The position numbers and the translations under genes were made by a program. From a virus, in IMG/VR virus record IMGVR_UViG_3300015371_000011, positions 17,480 through 81,479 of that record: a DNA stretch of 64,000 nucleotides, one strand, 5' to 3'. The notes below the pieces were generated by a model, which was given only the letters and a program-made list of their open reading frames with translations, was not told the DNA's origin and did no database searches. Below, piece after piece: positions 1-9,337 of the stretch; the stretch's first letter is position 1, and each line of letters starts with the position of its first letter.

Positions 1-1484
1 TATGGCTTGCTGCTACTGCCACCTTCGCCCCTTGGCTGACTCCCACCAACTTGCCCTGGCCTGCCTTCATGGTCAGGAAATGAATACCGCTTCATGCCCT
101 GCAACTTGACACGCAATTTTTCTGGCAACTCGGCTATGGCCGCGTCACGGTTACGCCGCCACACGTCCATCAAGTACGCCTCCACGGCATTCTGAAACTC
201 GTGGCCCGTATTGACGCGTACCGATTGCGCAAACTCGGCGCTGAGCGGCCCTTGCTGCGCCTGTCTTTCTACGAGTTGCGTGAGCGCATCGCGCGCCGCC
301 GTGATGTAGGTACGCAGCGCTATGCTCAGGCGCACGGCGTCCTTGTTGTAGATGTCCTTGATTTGCTGGAAGTCGGTGCGGGATTCGGCGGCGGAGAATT
401 GTTGTTTAGAATGCCGCGGCGGTGCTTTGATTCGTGGCTGCGGGTCATAGCCCCATTCATGGATTGAATCGCCGTTTGTAAATATGTCACGCGCACTAAC
501 GCGCTTCATCAAGATTCTATACTTGCCATCAAACTGCGAATCTCCATGCTCCTTGGCGTACTCCCTATTGATCGTCACCCAATCGCCAGGATTGATAGCT
601 ATTTTCTGTTTCTCCTGTATCGGCAATGCCTTGAGCCTGTCCATTTCTTTAGAGATAAAATCGTAGTGTGCGCTGCTATTCTTACCGACTTGCTGCACGC
701 CTGGCGGCACCTTGCCATGCTTCAGGATATACGCCTTTTGCTTTTCGTAGTCCGTTATCAATTCTTCATTGGTTAGATTTTTCGGCACGGCGCGATAAAT
801 GGCTACCGTGGCGTTAGGCTTGCCATGCATGCTCTGGATAATCGCAATGGATTGTCTATCCATCGGATTACCGCCGCCGTAGTGGCCGTAATATTCAGCG
901 GCCTTTGGCCCATAAATATCTTCAGGATATGTGTTGGCTAAATCGTGCAGCGGCGAGCCACTATCGCGCATTGGCGCGGTATGTAACCCGCGATAATCTT
1001 CGCCTTCTTTACCTTTGCCCGGCTCGCCCGTTGGTGAGCATGAATTGTCTATGCCACCACCCTCGCCCGTCGGGCAAAACGCATAGCCCTTAACTTCGCG
1101 GTACTTGTCATACAACCTCAGCCCCACGCTGCCCGGCGTCATGTCCAGCGCGCCTAGCCACGGGTCGAGGGCGTCCATGTACGCCTTGCCTTGATTGTGC
1201 GCCGCAAACTCCCAGCTGTGCTCAAGCCGCATGGCCTCGCTGTAAGCCGTCTGTGCATCCACGCCCTGTTGCTCCAGCCACCACTGAAACTTGCGCCGCT
1301 TCTCTTCTAGGTTCGTGAAGTCAAAGCCCATCAGCGCCATGCGGTAGCCGTAGCCCTTGGCCGCGGTGGCGTAGGCGAAGCGCTCAGGCTTCTTCGGCAC
1401 CGCACGCAGTGGACGCTCCCGCTCAAGGCGCAACTGGCTAAGCTGAATCAGGCGGCTTAGAAATTGATTGCTGTCAGTCTGCAC
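1..1484 (-). CDS. MuF/head-morphogenesis-like modular polyprotein (3'-truncated by window edge) with an ADP-ribosyltransferase-like insert
   Basis: Not in the ORF track; hand translation is open from GTG 1484 to the window edge (>490 aa). Lies downstream of the portal. Contains AFCPTGEGGGIDNSCSPTGE, a domain with IYRAVP...INPGDWVT...YAKEHG...GDSIHEWGY, and DHEGRPGQVGGS. Confidence 0.6.
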   Translation of the reverse strand, partial: MQTDSNQFLSRLIQLSQLRLERERPLRAVPKKPERFAYATAAKGYGYRMALMGFDFTNLEEKRRKFQWWLEQQGVDAQTAYSEAMRLEHSWEFAAHNQGKAYMDALDPWLGALDMTPGSVGLRLYDKYREVKGYAFCPTGEGGGIDNSCSPTGEPGKGKEGEDYRGLHTAPMRDSGSPLHDLANTYPEDIYGPKAAEYYGHYGGGNPMDRQSIAIIQSMHGKPNATVAIYRAVPKNLTNEELITDYEKQKAYILKHGKVPPGVQQVGKNSSAHYDFISKEMDRLKALPIQEKQKIAINPGDWVTINREYAKEHGDSQFDGKYRILMKRVSARDIFTNGDSIHEWGYDPQPRIKAPPRHSKQQFSAAESRTDFQQIKDIYNKDAVRLSIALRTYITAARDALTQLVERQAQQGPLSAEFAQSVRVNTGHEFQNAVEAYLMDVWRRNRDAAIAELPEKLRVKLQGMKRYSFPDHEGRPGQVGGSQPRGEGGSSSKP

Positions 1485-1686
1485 GTTTACTGAATTCTTC
1501 TTGCGGTATGATTTCCCGATAGCCTGCTATCGCCTGCTCATCATCATCTCTCAGCCATACCCTATCATGTCCTTCATCAAATCCGTGATAGGCGGGAAAT
1601 ACGCCAAACGTCACACCAGACCAATAATCGTCAGGGTCAAATGTCACACGCACAAAACACTTGCACGTGTGACAAATAACCAGCAT
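1474..1686 (-). CDS. small hypothetical protein with CxxC
   Basis: 70 aa, tightly packed with neighbours. Confidence 0.5.
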   Translation of the reverse strand: MLVICHTCKCFVRVTFDPDDYWSGVTFGVFPAYHGFDEGHDRVWLRDDDEQAIAGYREIIPQEEFSKRAD

Positions 1687-1687
1687 G

Positions 1688-1911
1688 TCACGCCGTGGGC
1701 GTCACGTTGTGCTTATCGCTTAGCCGCTGCAGATTGGCCGTCATGTCGGCGATTGTCTGCGTGGCGTCGGCCTTCTCCTCGTCCGTGCTGGCCGGGTCGT
1801 CCAGTACCGCCTGAGCCGAGACTATAACAGCCTGAAAATGATTAGCCTGTTTTTGCCACTGCGCCCCTGCCTTACCGTGTCCTGCTGGTCATCCATGTCA
1901 TACGGGTTCAC
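1688..1911 (-). pseudogene. small acidic protein interrupted by one frameshift (or a sequence error)
   Basis: GTG 1911 (GTGA overlap) gives MNPYDMDDQQDT; the natural-looking continuation QWQKQANHFQAVIVSAQAVLDDPASTDEEKADATQTIADMTANLQRLSDK..TGA 1688 is in a shifted frame with no start of its own. Confidence 0.4.
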
Positions 1912-2091
1912 GGTTTAATCGTCGTCGAAGTCCCAATCACCTTTGCCGCTTTTCTTGCCGCTGCTCTTCTTATCGCTCTTGGACGAAGGCTTCTCTCGCC
2001 TTTCTTCTTTCTCCTCATCTTCTTCTTCCTCTCGTCGGGGTGTTGTGCCATAAAATCCTCCGGGTTAATGGTTATTATTCTGCGCATCACG

Positions 2092-2391
2092 CTACCACCC
2101 ATGCTTTTCTATTTTCTCTTTTACTTCCAATGCCGTGCCTTCAATGATGATCGGTTTGCCCTTATCCACGGTAATCGTGAGTTTTACGCGGTCGGTATGC
2201 CAAATTGGCGGAACTAAATCATGCGGTGCCACTTGAAACACCGTACCCGAATACGGCGATGTATACGTCTTGCCCTTTATTTTGTAAGTGGACCACACTT
2301 CGCGTGACGGCCAATATTCCGCACGCATCTTTGTCTTGTGCTGCGGCGTGACTTGCACAATCTGCGACACAAGCCGTTTCGGTTTAGCCAC
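2092..2391 (-). CDS. hypothetical protein
   Basis: 99 aa, overlaps portal stop. Confidence 0.6.
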   Translation of the reverse strand: MAKPKRLVSQIVQVTPQHKTKMRAEYWPSREVWSTYKIKGKTYTSPYSGTVFQVAPHDLVPPIWHTDRVKLTITVDKGKPIIIEGTALEVKEKIEKHGW

Positions 2392-3946
2392 GCAAACTCT
2401 CCACGTACTCTATCAACTGCGCCTCTTGCTCCGCACTAAATGATTGCTTATCCGCCGTGGGCTTAGGCGGCTGATTGCCGTTGCCATTGCCGCTAGCCTT
2501 GGGCACCTGTGGCCCTGCACCATTACCATTAGCCGTGGGCTGTCCGAGTGCCATTGGCCCGCCAGCCTTGGCCATCTCTAACTCGTTGTCCATGTTGGCC
2601 TGGTCTATCTCTGCCTGCTGGTCGGTAATCTCTTGCGGTAGCGGCTCGAAATTAATCAAATCGCGCAGCTTGCCCTCGTCCTCTGGGCCCTTGGTGAGCG
2701 CGCCGGCCGATAGGCCCATCAAGAATAACTCGAATTGGCGCTGGCGTGCCTCTTCTGTGACTTCCTTGAATTTAAACAGCGGGTACATGCCGTGCTCAAT
2801 GTCATAATTGAAATCGAGTAGCGGCTTGACTAGCTGCTCGTTGATGACGGTCTCTATATCACGCCGCAGTTGATTCAAGATCCACAGAAACGCGTCAAAC
2901 TCCTTTACCGCACGCGCGAAACTACCCGTCTGTTGCTCGCCGCTTAAACCCATCAATCCAGGCATCATTATGGCCACGCGTATGAGCTGGTCATAATAGT
3001 CCAGCGCGGGCATGAAGGCTTCGCCCGCACGCTGTGGCGGTTGTAATAGCTGCAGCACTATGGCTTCGGGCAGGATGATGCCGCTACGCGTTTGCAAGTT
3101 TTTCAAGAATTGCTCCAGGTCGTAGCGCTGATCGTCGTCAATTATGCCTTTGTATGTGGCTGTGGCTATCGGCTCGGCGTAGCGCTCTAATGCAATCGGC
3201 AGCATGCGCATCACGTTATCCTTGCACCAGTAGGCGCGGTATGCGGCCCTTAAGTCTGATTCGCCGTAATAATTGCCAAATGTGCCGTTATGACTGTAGA
3301 TGATAAACTTCCAGGCCGGCATCTTAACCATGTTTTGCCAGACGCCGTTTTGGGTCAGGTCGCCTGCGCTATCCATCTCGAATTCAATGTCGTCAGGCGG
3401 ACGCGTCTTTAGATCCTTAACGCCCCACATACCCTCAAACGGGCCATAGTCTATCTTCCAATAGACTTGCTCCGTGACCGAGTAGCCGTAGACCATAGCC
3501 GTCATGATGTCTAATAGCTTCGATTCGAAACTACCCTTCATCTCATTAAGGTTGAATTCGGCAAAGTCGGTATATTCATCCACCGCCTTGTCAGTCTCCT
3601 GGTCAGGCAACTCAGGCTTGCGTATCTCATAGCCCGTGCTTAGCACCGCATATTTCTTGGCGTTGAGCGCGGCTTTGACCTGCTCATCTTCAAGGTACAT
3701 TTTGCGATATATGCGGATGCCCTTGCGGTTGGCCAGCTCATCGGGATTGTACGGCGTGGGCGTGAAACTGTTGCGCATGCCGCCGAGCACCGACACGCCG
3801 AAGTAACTCCCCGCGCTCGATACCACGCCCGCCTTGGGCACCGCAGGCTGTGTTGACTGGTACGTGGCTGGCACAGGCGGCGATTTTTGCCGTTTTTGGC
3901 CTGATTTTGCTATTACTTTAGGCTTTGGTTTAGCTCTTTTTGCCAT
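2384..3946 (-). CDS. portal protein (DUF935 / Mu gp29-like)
   Basis: 520 aa after terL; motifs YGYSVTE, KFIIYSH...YYGESDLRAAY, ERYAEP, INEQLVKPLLDFN. Confidence 0.9.
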   Translation of the reverse strand: MAKRAKPKPKVIAKSGQKRQKSPPVPATYQSTQPAVPKAGVVSSAGSYFGVSVLGGMRNSFTPTPYNPDELANRKGIRIYRKMYLEDEQVKAALNAKKYAVLSTGYEIRKPELPDQETDKAVDEYTDFAEFNLNEMKGSFESKLLDIMTAMVYGYSVTEQVYWKIDYGPFEGMWGVKDLKTRPPDDIEFEMDSAGDLTQNGVWQNMVKMPAWKFIIYSHNGTFGNYYGESDLRAAYRAYWCKDNVMRMLPIALERYAEPIATATYKGIIDDDQRYDLEQFLKNLQTRSGIILPEAIVLQLLQPPQRAGEAFMPALDYYDQLIRVAIMMPGLMGLSGEQQTGSFARAVKEFDAFLWILNQLRRDIETVINEQLVKPLLDFNYDIEHGMYPLFKFKEVTEEARQRQFELFLMGLSAGALTKGPEDEGKLRDLINFEPLPQEITDQQAEIDQANMDNELEMAKAGGPMALGQPTANGNGAGPQVPKASGNGNGNQPPKPTADKQSFSAEQEAQLIEYVESLRG

Positions 3947-4002
3947 TTGCGGCTATTTACCTATTGAAACGTGACTTTTGGGTTGTGTATAAGTATAAAT
4001 TA

Positions 4003-4112
4003 GGGTTGCGAACCCAAGGCGGAGCGGTCAGCGGGAGACAGGGGCCGGGCGAACGATAAGCGCCGATTAAATACAGGCCGTCTCATAGGACACTTTGGCC
4101 GCTCCGCCTTTC
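4003..4112 (+). ncRNA. candidate structured small RNA between terL and portal
   Basis: 15-bp stem 4016-4030/4096-4110 with one G-U valid only on +; nested GAGAC/GTCTC, GGCC/GGCC and GGCG/CGCC stems; upstream GTGACT-N17-TATAAA (3971-3999). Confidence 0.4.
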
Positions 4113-4314
4113 ACATCCACTTCTCCTGCCTTTGCATGAACGCATCCTCACTGCCGCATAGCATGATATACTCATCCGCCTCTTGTGAAAACATGAATTT
4201 TGCCACCTGCTTGTCCACGCCGTAGATATTGCCGTTCTCGTCGGGCATCGTGCGGTCAATATAGTCCAGCGCGGATTCAATAAAGCGAAATGAAAAACAG
4301 GATCGGGTCAGCAT
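4111..4314 (-). CDS. hypothetical protein
   Basis: 67 aa, coupled to upstream gene. Confidence 0.5.
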   Translation of the reverse strand: MLTRSCFSFRFIESALDYIDRTMPDENGNIYGVDKQVAKFMFSQEADEYIMLCGSEDAFMQRQEKWM

Positions 4315-4631
4315 GGCAATCCTCTACTCACAAGCCACTGCCGTGCTTCGGTGTGCCGTTTCAACTGCACATCTTTATAACGCTTAGGTGCACACGCATT
4401 TAGCATCTCATATGCTTGCCTAACGACCTCGCGCTCGATTATTTCAAACTCGCTGCCATTAAAGTATTTGGCCAATTCATTACGGTCACGAAACCGATAG
4501 AGCATCTTTTGTGCTAGTTGCCGTATGCGTTCGCTTGTTACGCCGAATTGCTGCCCCACTTCGTCCAGACCGTGACCTTCTAAATAAACCATGCGTAAAA
4601 TGACTAAGCTGCGAGCAAAGAATAAATCCAC
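4308..4631 (-). CDS. sigma-70 region 4-like HTH protein
   Basis: GLDEVGQQFGVTSERIRQL resembles the region 4.2 pattern TLEEVG..FGVTRERIRQI. Confidence 0.7.
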   Translation of the reverse strand: MDLFFARSLVILRMVYLEGHGLDEVGQQFGVTSERIRQLAQKMLYRFRDRNELAKYFNGSEFEIIEREVVRQAYEMLNACAPKRYKDVQLKRHTEARQWLVSRGLPC

Positions 4632-4635
4632 CTGA

Positions 4636-7107
4636 TTACCAATCCGGCCGTAGCCGCTCGCCTACCATGAATATGGCCTTAGTGTTTATTGGCGGCACGC
4701 CAGTCAGCTCGTTGAAGGCGCCCGTGCAGGCGTCTACGATGTCGTCATGGCCGCCGCCTGGAAATAACTGAAACTCATCCAGCGCGTCTTTATTCCAGTG
4801 CGCAGCGAGCATATGGACATTGCCCGCTTCCGCCTGTGACGCTAGTGCGTTGGCTCTGATCTCTTTCGGCCCTGTCACCTTATCACCCTTGAAATCGTAG
4901 CCGGCGAGAAATGACGTATAGTCCGCAATCACCTTAACGCCGCTGTTATGGACAGCAAAATCTTTAACGGTAAAACTATGGCCACCGTCCACCGTTAAAC
5001 ATCGACACGGAAGCGTTTCTCCCTGTTTAACGATTTCAATGATCGGATCGGCTATATGATTCTCAAAAAATCGCTCCCTAGTTTGTGCATGATCCAATAG
5101 CAATCCAGCCTTCTTGCCGTAAACAGGGATTTGTTCGCAGAATCGAGCCTGCCCATCATTGCTCTTTCGTATTTCTAAGCGGTACATCGTCTGACGACGT
5201 TCTCTAAATTGTTTGTCTCGATAAACCCGCTCTCGAATCACAGATGGAATCCCAAATCTCAACAACAAATGACGGACACCGTGAAGCAATGCATAGCTTG
5301 TCCCATAAAACTCAATGCTCAGCCCATTGCCATAATAAATTGAGCCATCGGTAGCGAAATATGCTCCTAAAAAATGCGCTACTAAATCATTCGGCGCATT
5401 GAACACCCATTGCGGGACGACCTTTGTTTCTGTGCGCTTGCCAGCTAAGTCTACATTGCGCAACCAATCACGCACTCCACCTGATAACTTGCAATGCCAA
5501 TGTTGTGAGCCAGCCCATCTTGTTTTAAACCCAAGCACTTCAGCACAATGATTTATGTCTTCTTTAAGAATCATATCTGAGCAGGTAATCATCGCGTGAA
5601 TAGATGAGCCGTCAGCTACATAAGTGCAGCATCCGTCGCCAACAAAATATCCAGCTAAGCGAAACTCCTCGGCGATACGAGATGATACACCCTGAATTTC
5701 TGGCCGTGACGTTAATCCAAGACTCTGTCCGACTTTTAACAATCCCGCTTTGATCCAGCCGGTTGGCGTAAGAAATGGATGCTCCAATGCTGCCGTCACC
5801 GAGCGACCACTTTCTGTCTTAATGGTGACAACAGTTAATTCGCCCTGTTCATGCACTTTGGAGACAATTCGCCTCTGACCGTACCCATCAATGATAGAAT
5901 CATTAACGCGAATTTCTTTTAACGGCTTGATTGAGCCGTCCGCCATTAAAACTTCCTCTTCTTCCCAAATAGGCGAACCCGGTTCTTGCTCCATGCGGAT
6001 AGCCACATTACCGTAATTCTGTCGGTCAGTCTGCGCCGTCTGCATAATGAGTTGATCGACTTTATGCGGGCTGATTCTTTGGCGCTGAATGTCGGCTATG
6101 AAATACTCCCTGCCATACTGGCCCACAAGCGCACCCACGGTATAGTCAGGGTCGTTACCTTCTTTCGGCTCCGTTGCGGCACAATCCCAATACCGTACGA
6201 ATCGCACGCCTTGGACGGGCAGCACCTGCGCAATCTTAAACCAATGGCGCATAAACTTACCCGCCGCCTGTGCCTCCCAGTCGCCATTCATCACTTGCGC
6301 ACGCAGTATCGGGTCAAGGTGGCTCAGGCTGGATTCATACTCTGCAACATTAGCGGTGGGATTGTCGCGGATGCTGGCGGGAATAAATACTGGCGCGTTA
6401 GGATCGCCACGACGGTACGGATCAACGAAATGCTCTTTGGTCCACAGCCGTCCTTCGCCTATTGGGTTTGATGCCGAGCGCACACGGAGCGGTAGCGGAT
6501 TGCCTTCGCTTTTACGTAGCCAACCAAACGGGAATTCATATTGCTGCTTTTTGAACTGAGTAACCTCATCAAACGCTACGTATGTCCAGTTGACGCCCGT
6601 ATACTGATATTTGTCTCTATCAGTATCCATAAAACCAAACGTCACCGTGGCACCACTGGGAAACTCATAGCGATTCTTTTCATCTTTCCACTTGGCGTCG
6701 GTATCGCTCAGCCACTTATGTGCAAGGTCCAGTATGGCTTCAGGCTTATTTAACTCCTTGAATGTGCGCCGAATGATAAGCGCGTTGTAATTCGGCTGGT
6801 CAGCAAACTGTAACGCAGCCGCGAGCAGCGCCCAGCTTTTGCCCCCGAATCCTGCCCCGCCATAGAAGGCTTCCTTACAATCGAGCTTTAGAAACTCTTC
6901 CTGCTTAGGAAACGGCGTCATCTTGATGTACTTATTCAACCGCGGCTTCAGTTGGCCATCTGCCGTCAATATGCACGTCGGCGGGATGAGCGGCAGCCAT
7001 GGCTCTAGCACCGCCTTCTTGGCATCCTCTGCGCTCTTGAAGCGTGCAGCAAAGTCGCGGCTTACTGCGGCCCAGTCTATTTGCTCAGCGGTCAAACCCA
7101 TGCGCAC
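4636..7107 (-). CDS. terL: terminase large subunit with intein
   Basis: Walker A YGGAGFGGKS, Walker B VAFDEVTQF, coupling motif SASNP, nuclease RYWDCAAT...DYTVG and HDDIVDA; likely ATG at 7101. Confidence 0.95.
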   Translation of the reverse strand: MRMGLTAEQIDWAAVSRDFAARFKSAEDAKKAVLEPWLPLIPPTCILTADGQLKPRLNKYIKMTPFPKQEEFLKLDCKEAFYGGAGFGGKSWALLAAALQFADQPNYNALIIRRTFKELNKPEAILDLAHKWLSDTDAKWKDEKNRYEFPSGATVTFGFMDTDRDKYQYTGVNWTYVAFDEVTQFKKQQYEFPFGWLRKSEGNPLPLRVRSASNPIGEGRLWTKEHFVDPYRRGDPNAPVFIPASIRDNPTANVAEYESSLSHLDPILRAQVMNGDWEAQAAGKFMRHWFKIAQVLPVQGVRFVRYWDCAATEPKEGNDPDYTVGALVGQYGREYFIADIQRQRISPHKVDQLIMQTAQTDRQNYGNVAIRMEQEPGSPIWEEEEVLMADGSIKPLKEIRVNDSIIDGYGQRRIVSKVHEQGELTVVTIKTESGRSVTAALEHPFLTPTGWIKAGLLKVGQSLGLTSRPEIQGVSSRIAEEFRLAGYFVGDGCCTYVADGSSIHAMITCSDMILKEDINHCAEVLGFKTRWAGSQHWHCKLSGGVRDWLRNVDLAGKRTETKVVPQWVFNAPNDLVAHFLGAYFATDGSIYYGNGLSIEFYGTSYALLHGVRHLLLRFGIPSVIRERVYRDKQFRERRQTMYRLEIRKSNDGQARFCEQIPVYGKKAGLLLDHAQTRERFFENHIADPIIEIVKQGETLPCRCLTVDGGHSFTVKDFAVHNSGVKVIADYTSFLAGYDFKGDKVTGPKEIRANALASQAEAGNVHMLAAHWNKDALDEFQLFPGGGHDDIVDACTGAFNELTGVPPINTKAIFMVGERLRPDW
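4945..5973 (-). mobile_element. 343-aa intein with LAGLIDADG endonuclease in TerL (Pro1, class-3-like)
   Basis: Removal restores EQEPGS|SGVKV; starts PIWEEEEVLMADG, ends PCRCLTVDGGHSFTVKDFAVHN; LAGYFVGDG and FLGAYFATDG motifs. Confidence 0.9.
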
Positions 7108-7482
7108 AACTCAAATACTGCAATAGATCAGCAATGTTATGCTTGCCTGACTCGCAAAAATGACAGGATACCTGCGCTTCCAAGTCATCTGATAACGTCA
7201 AAATCTTACCATCCTTAACCGAGCCCTCTTTATTGACCTCACCAAAAATCAACCCTACACCCTTGAAATCACCCGTACACCGACACGCCTCATATGCACG
7301 CATACCGTTATAAGCCACTCTCATGTGTCCTAACTCTTTGCCGAAACATTGCGTTACGGTCCAGAAAATACCATCGCGCCCGCCGTCCGGCTTCCAAAAC
7401 TGAAACAATGTATTTCGTGGAGCGATGTGCTGGTTTTTAATCGCAGCATCTAAAATCCCACCATTTATTTGCTCAGCGGTCA
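7078..7482. repeat. 17-bp direct repeat TATTTGCTCAGCGGTCA at 7078-7094 and 7466-7482
   Basis: exact match read from the sequence. Confidence 0.85.
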
Positions 7483-7501
7483 GAGTCATCAGTCGGCCCA
7501 T
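7085..7501 (-). CDS. hypothetical protein
   Basis: 138 aa; N-terminus MTLTAEQI duplicates the TerL N-terminus MGLTAEQI. Confidence 0.6.
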   Translation of the reverse strand: MGRLMTLTAEQINGGILDAAIKNQHIAPRNTLFQFWKPDGGRDGIFWTVTQCFGKELGHMRVAYNGMRAYEACRCTGDFKGVGLIFGEVNKEGSVKDGKILTLSDDLEAQVSCHFCESGKHNIADLLQYLSCAHGFDR

Positions 7502-8835
7502 GCTAATAGCGGCGCATCGTCATAGCAGCGTTTGTAAGCCATCTGGCAATACTCGATTTTAAGTTCTAGCCCAATACCAAACCGCCCCAGCTTATCCGCT
7601 ACTAGCGCCGTGGTGCCCGCGCCGGAGAATGGGTCGAGCACTATGCAGGGCGTTATTGGCGCGTCGTGCGTGCATGTGGGCTGCCAGCCGAGGGTCGTGG
7701 ATTGATATGCAATATTTCTTTGCATGTCTGAATAATTCCCATGTGCCGACCCGTTAGGATTAAACGGCGTAGTAGAACGCCGGCCGTCATATGTTGTCTG
7801 TTGACGCTCCGTCACCCTCTCCCACGGCGCACCGCACACGCTACACGCGCCCTTCTCGCTCGTGCCCGCCTTGATGCAGCGCTCGGCTATGGCCTCGGGA
7901 AATGTGGCAAAGTGCGCTTCGGGATAGGGCTGCGTGGCTATTTCCCAGACGGTTCTAATATTTCTGCCTGCTTCATTCGGTAACGGATAAGGACCACGAT
8001 GGTTATTACCTTGATGTATTCGGCGGGCTTCTGATTCTGCGTGATTTATATTTGCCATCGTGCCGCCATTATTTTCGTCCCACAACCTAGCATGCGGCTC
8101 CCGTACCGCATCCTGATCGAAGTAATATCTTTCATTTTTAGTGAGCAGGAAAATGTATTCGTGCGCCTTGGTGGGCCTGTCCGTCACGCTCTCCGGCATG
8201 GGATTGGGCTTTGACCAGATAATATCGCTGCGCAGATACCATCCATCGGCTTGCAGGGCGAAGGCAACGCGCCAGGGGATGCCAACGAGATCCTTGGGCT
8301 TGAGGCTCCAATTTTCAAATGATTGCTGTACCACCGTATTGCCAATGTGAGATTTGCGGCTTTCTAATTTAGTACCGACGAAGCCGTTATGTGGCTGCGT
8401 GACATTACGCGGTTTTCCTTGTCGGGTAAAATGATGTGTCGCCATTGAATCGCCTAGGTTGCACCACACCGTACCATCGTCGCGCAGCACACGCTTCACT
8501 TCCCGAAATACCGCCACCATGCGCTCGACGTATTCTTCAGGCGATTTTTCCAATCCCAACTGGCGGTCGATGCGCGTTGCGCCGCATGAACAAACAGCCG
8601 CTGGTAAATCCCTTGGGAAAGCGTTCTCAGTTTGCTTGCCGGGTGCACCTGATCCACCGCGCCCATTACGATGGGCAACGCGGTCGTGCGCGTGAGTTTC
8701 ATCGCCGCCCGACCATGACGCCGTACCGTAATCCCTCAGCCCCCAGTACGGCGGGCTCGTCACCACGCACTGAACGCTGTTGTCCTTGAGCGGTAGCGGA
8801 TTAGTGACATCAGCCTGTAATATTTGCCAACTCAT
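7489..8835 (-). CDS. N6/N4 DNA methyltransferase (beta class) with Cys-rich inserts
   Basis: TSPPYWGLRDY, WSKPNPMPESVTDR, HFATFP, DPFSGAGTT. Confidence 0.92.
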   Translation of the reverse strand: MSWQILQADVTNPLPLKDNSVQCVVTSPPYWGLRDYGTASWSGGDETHAHDRVAHRNGRGGSGAPGKQTENAFPRDLPAAVCSCGATRIDRQLGLEKSPEEYVERMVAVFREVKRVLRDDGTVWCNLGDSMATHHFTRQGKPRNVTQPHNGFVGTKLESRKSHIGNTVVQQSFENWSLKPKDLVGIPWRVAFALQADGWYLRSDIIWSKPNPMPESVTDRPTKAHEYIFLLTKNERYYFDQDAVREPHARLWDENNGGTMANINHAESEARRIHQGNNHRGPYPLPNEAGRNIRTVWEIATQPYPEAHFATFPEAIAERCIKAGTSEKGACSVCGAPWERVTERQQTTYDGRRSTTPFNPNGSAHGNYSDMQRNIAYQSTTLGWQPTCTHDAPITPCIVLDPFSGAGTTALVADKLGRFGIGLELKIEYCQMAYKRCYDDAPLLAWAD

Positions 8836-9332
8836 TCGTCATCGTCCTCAACCACATGCCCATTACCCTGCGTCACTGCGTATTGCTGAAACATCTCGGC
8901 AGGCACGATGCCCGCTGCTACCATCGCCTTGAATGCCGTCACAACCTGCTCGTAGTTTGTCGGCTCGTTTTGCTGCACCACGGTTTGCTGATTGACAATG
9001 ACTTGCGGCATGTCATTCATGGACACAGGACGGCCGCAGGTATACTCCAAGGCTAACTTCACATACTCAGGCTCGCCGCGTAGCGCCCGTGCCCATATCA
9101 TGCCCGCCAGCGTGCGCTCGTTAGTCCACCCTGCACTGTAGCCAACCATTTGTATCAGCCACTTGCGCTCTTTCGGCTCCAGCCCCTTAGTCTTATTCTC
9201 ACCTATATCCTTGAGCCATGTGCGTACCGAGAATTCTTTACGCGGACGTCCAGCAGGGTTAGGTGACTGTCCGCCCTTAATCCATGCTGGATTACCGCCC
9301 TTGTTGACAACTTGTTTTTCAAACCCGTCCAT
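8832..9332 (-). CDS. terS: terminase small subunit (DUF5681-like N-terminus)
   Basis: WIKGGQSPNPAGRP motif; position upstream of terL. Confidence 0.7.
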   Translation of the reverse strand: MDGFEKQVVNKGGNPAWIKGGQSPNPAGRPRKEFSVRTWLKDIGENKTKGLEPKERKWLIQMVGYSAGWTNERTLAGMIWARALRGEPEYVKLALEYTCGRPVSMNDMPQVIVNQQTVVQQNEPTNYEQVVTAFKAMVAAGIVPAEMFQQYAVTQGNGHVVEDDDE

Positions 9333-9337
9333 CGCCG

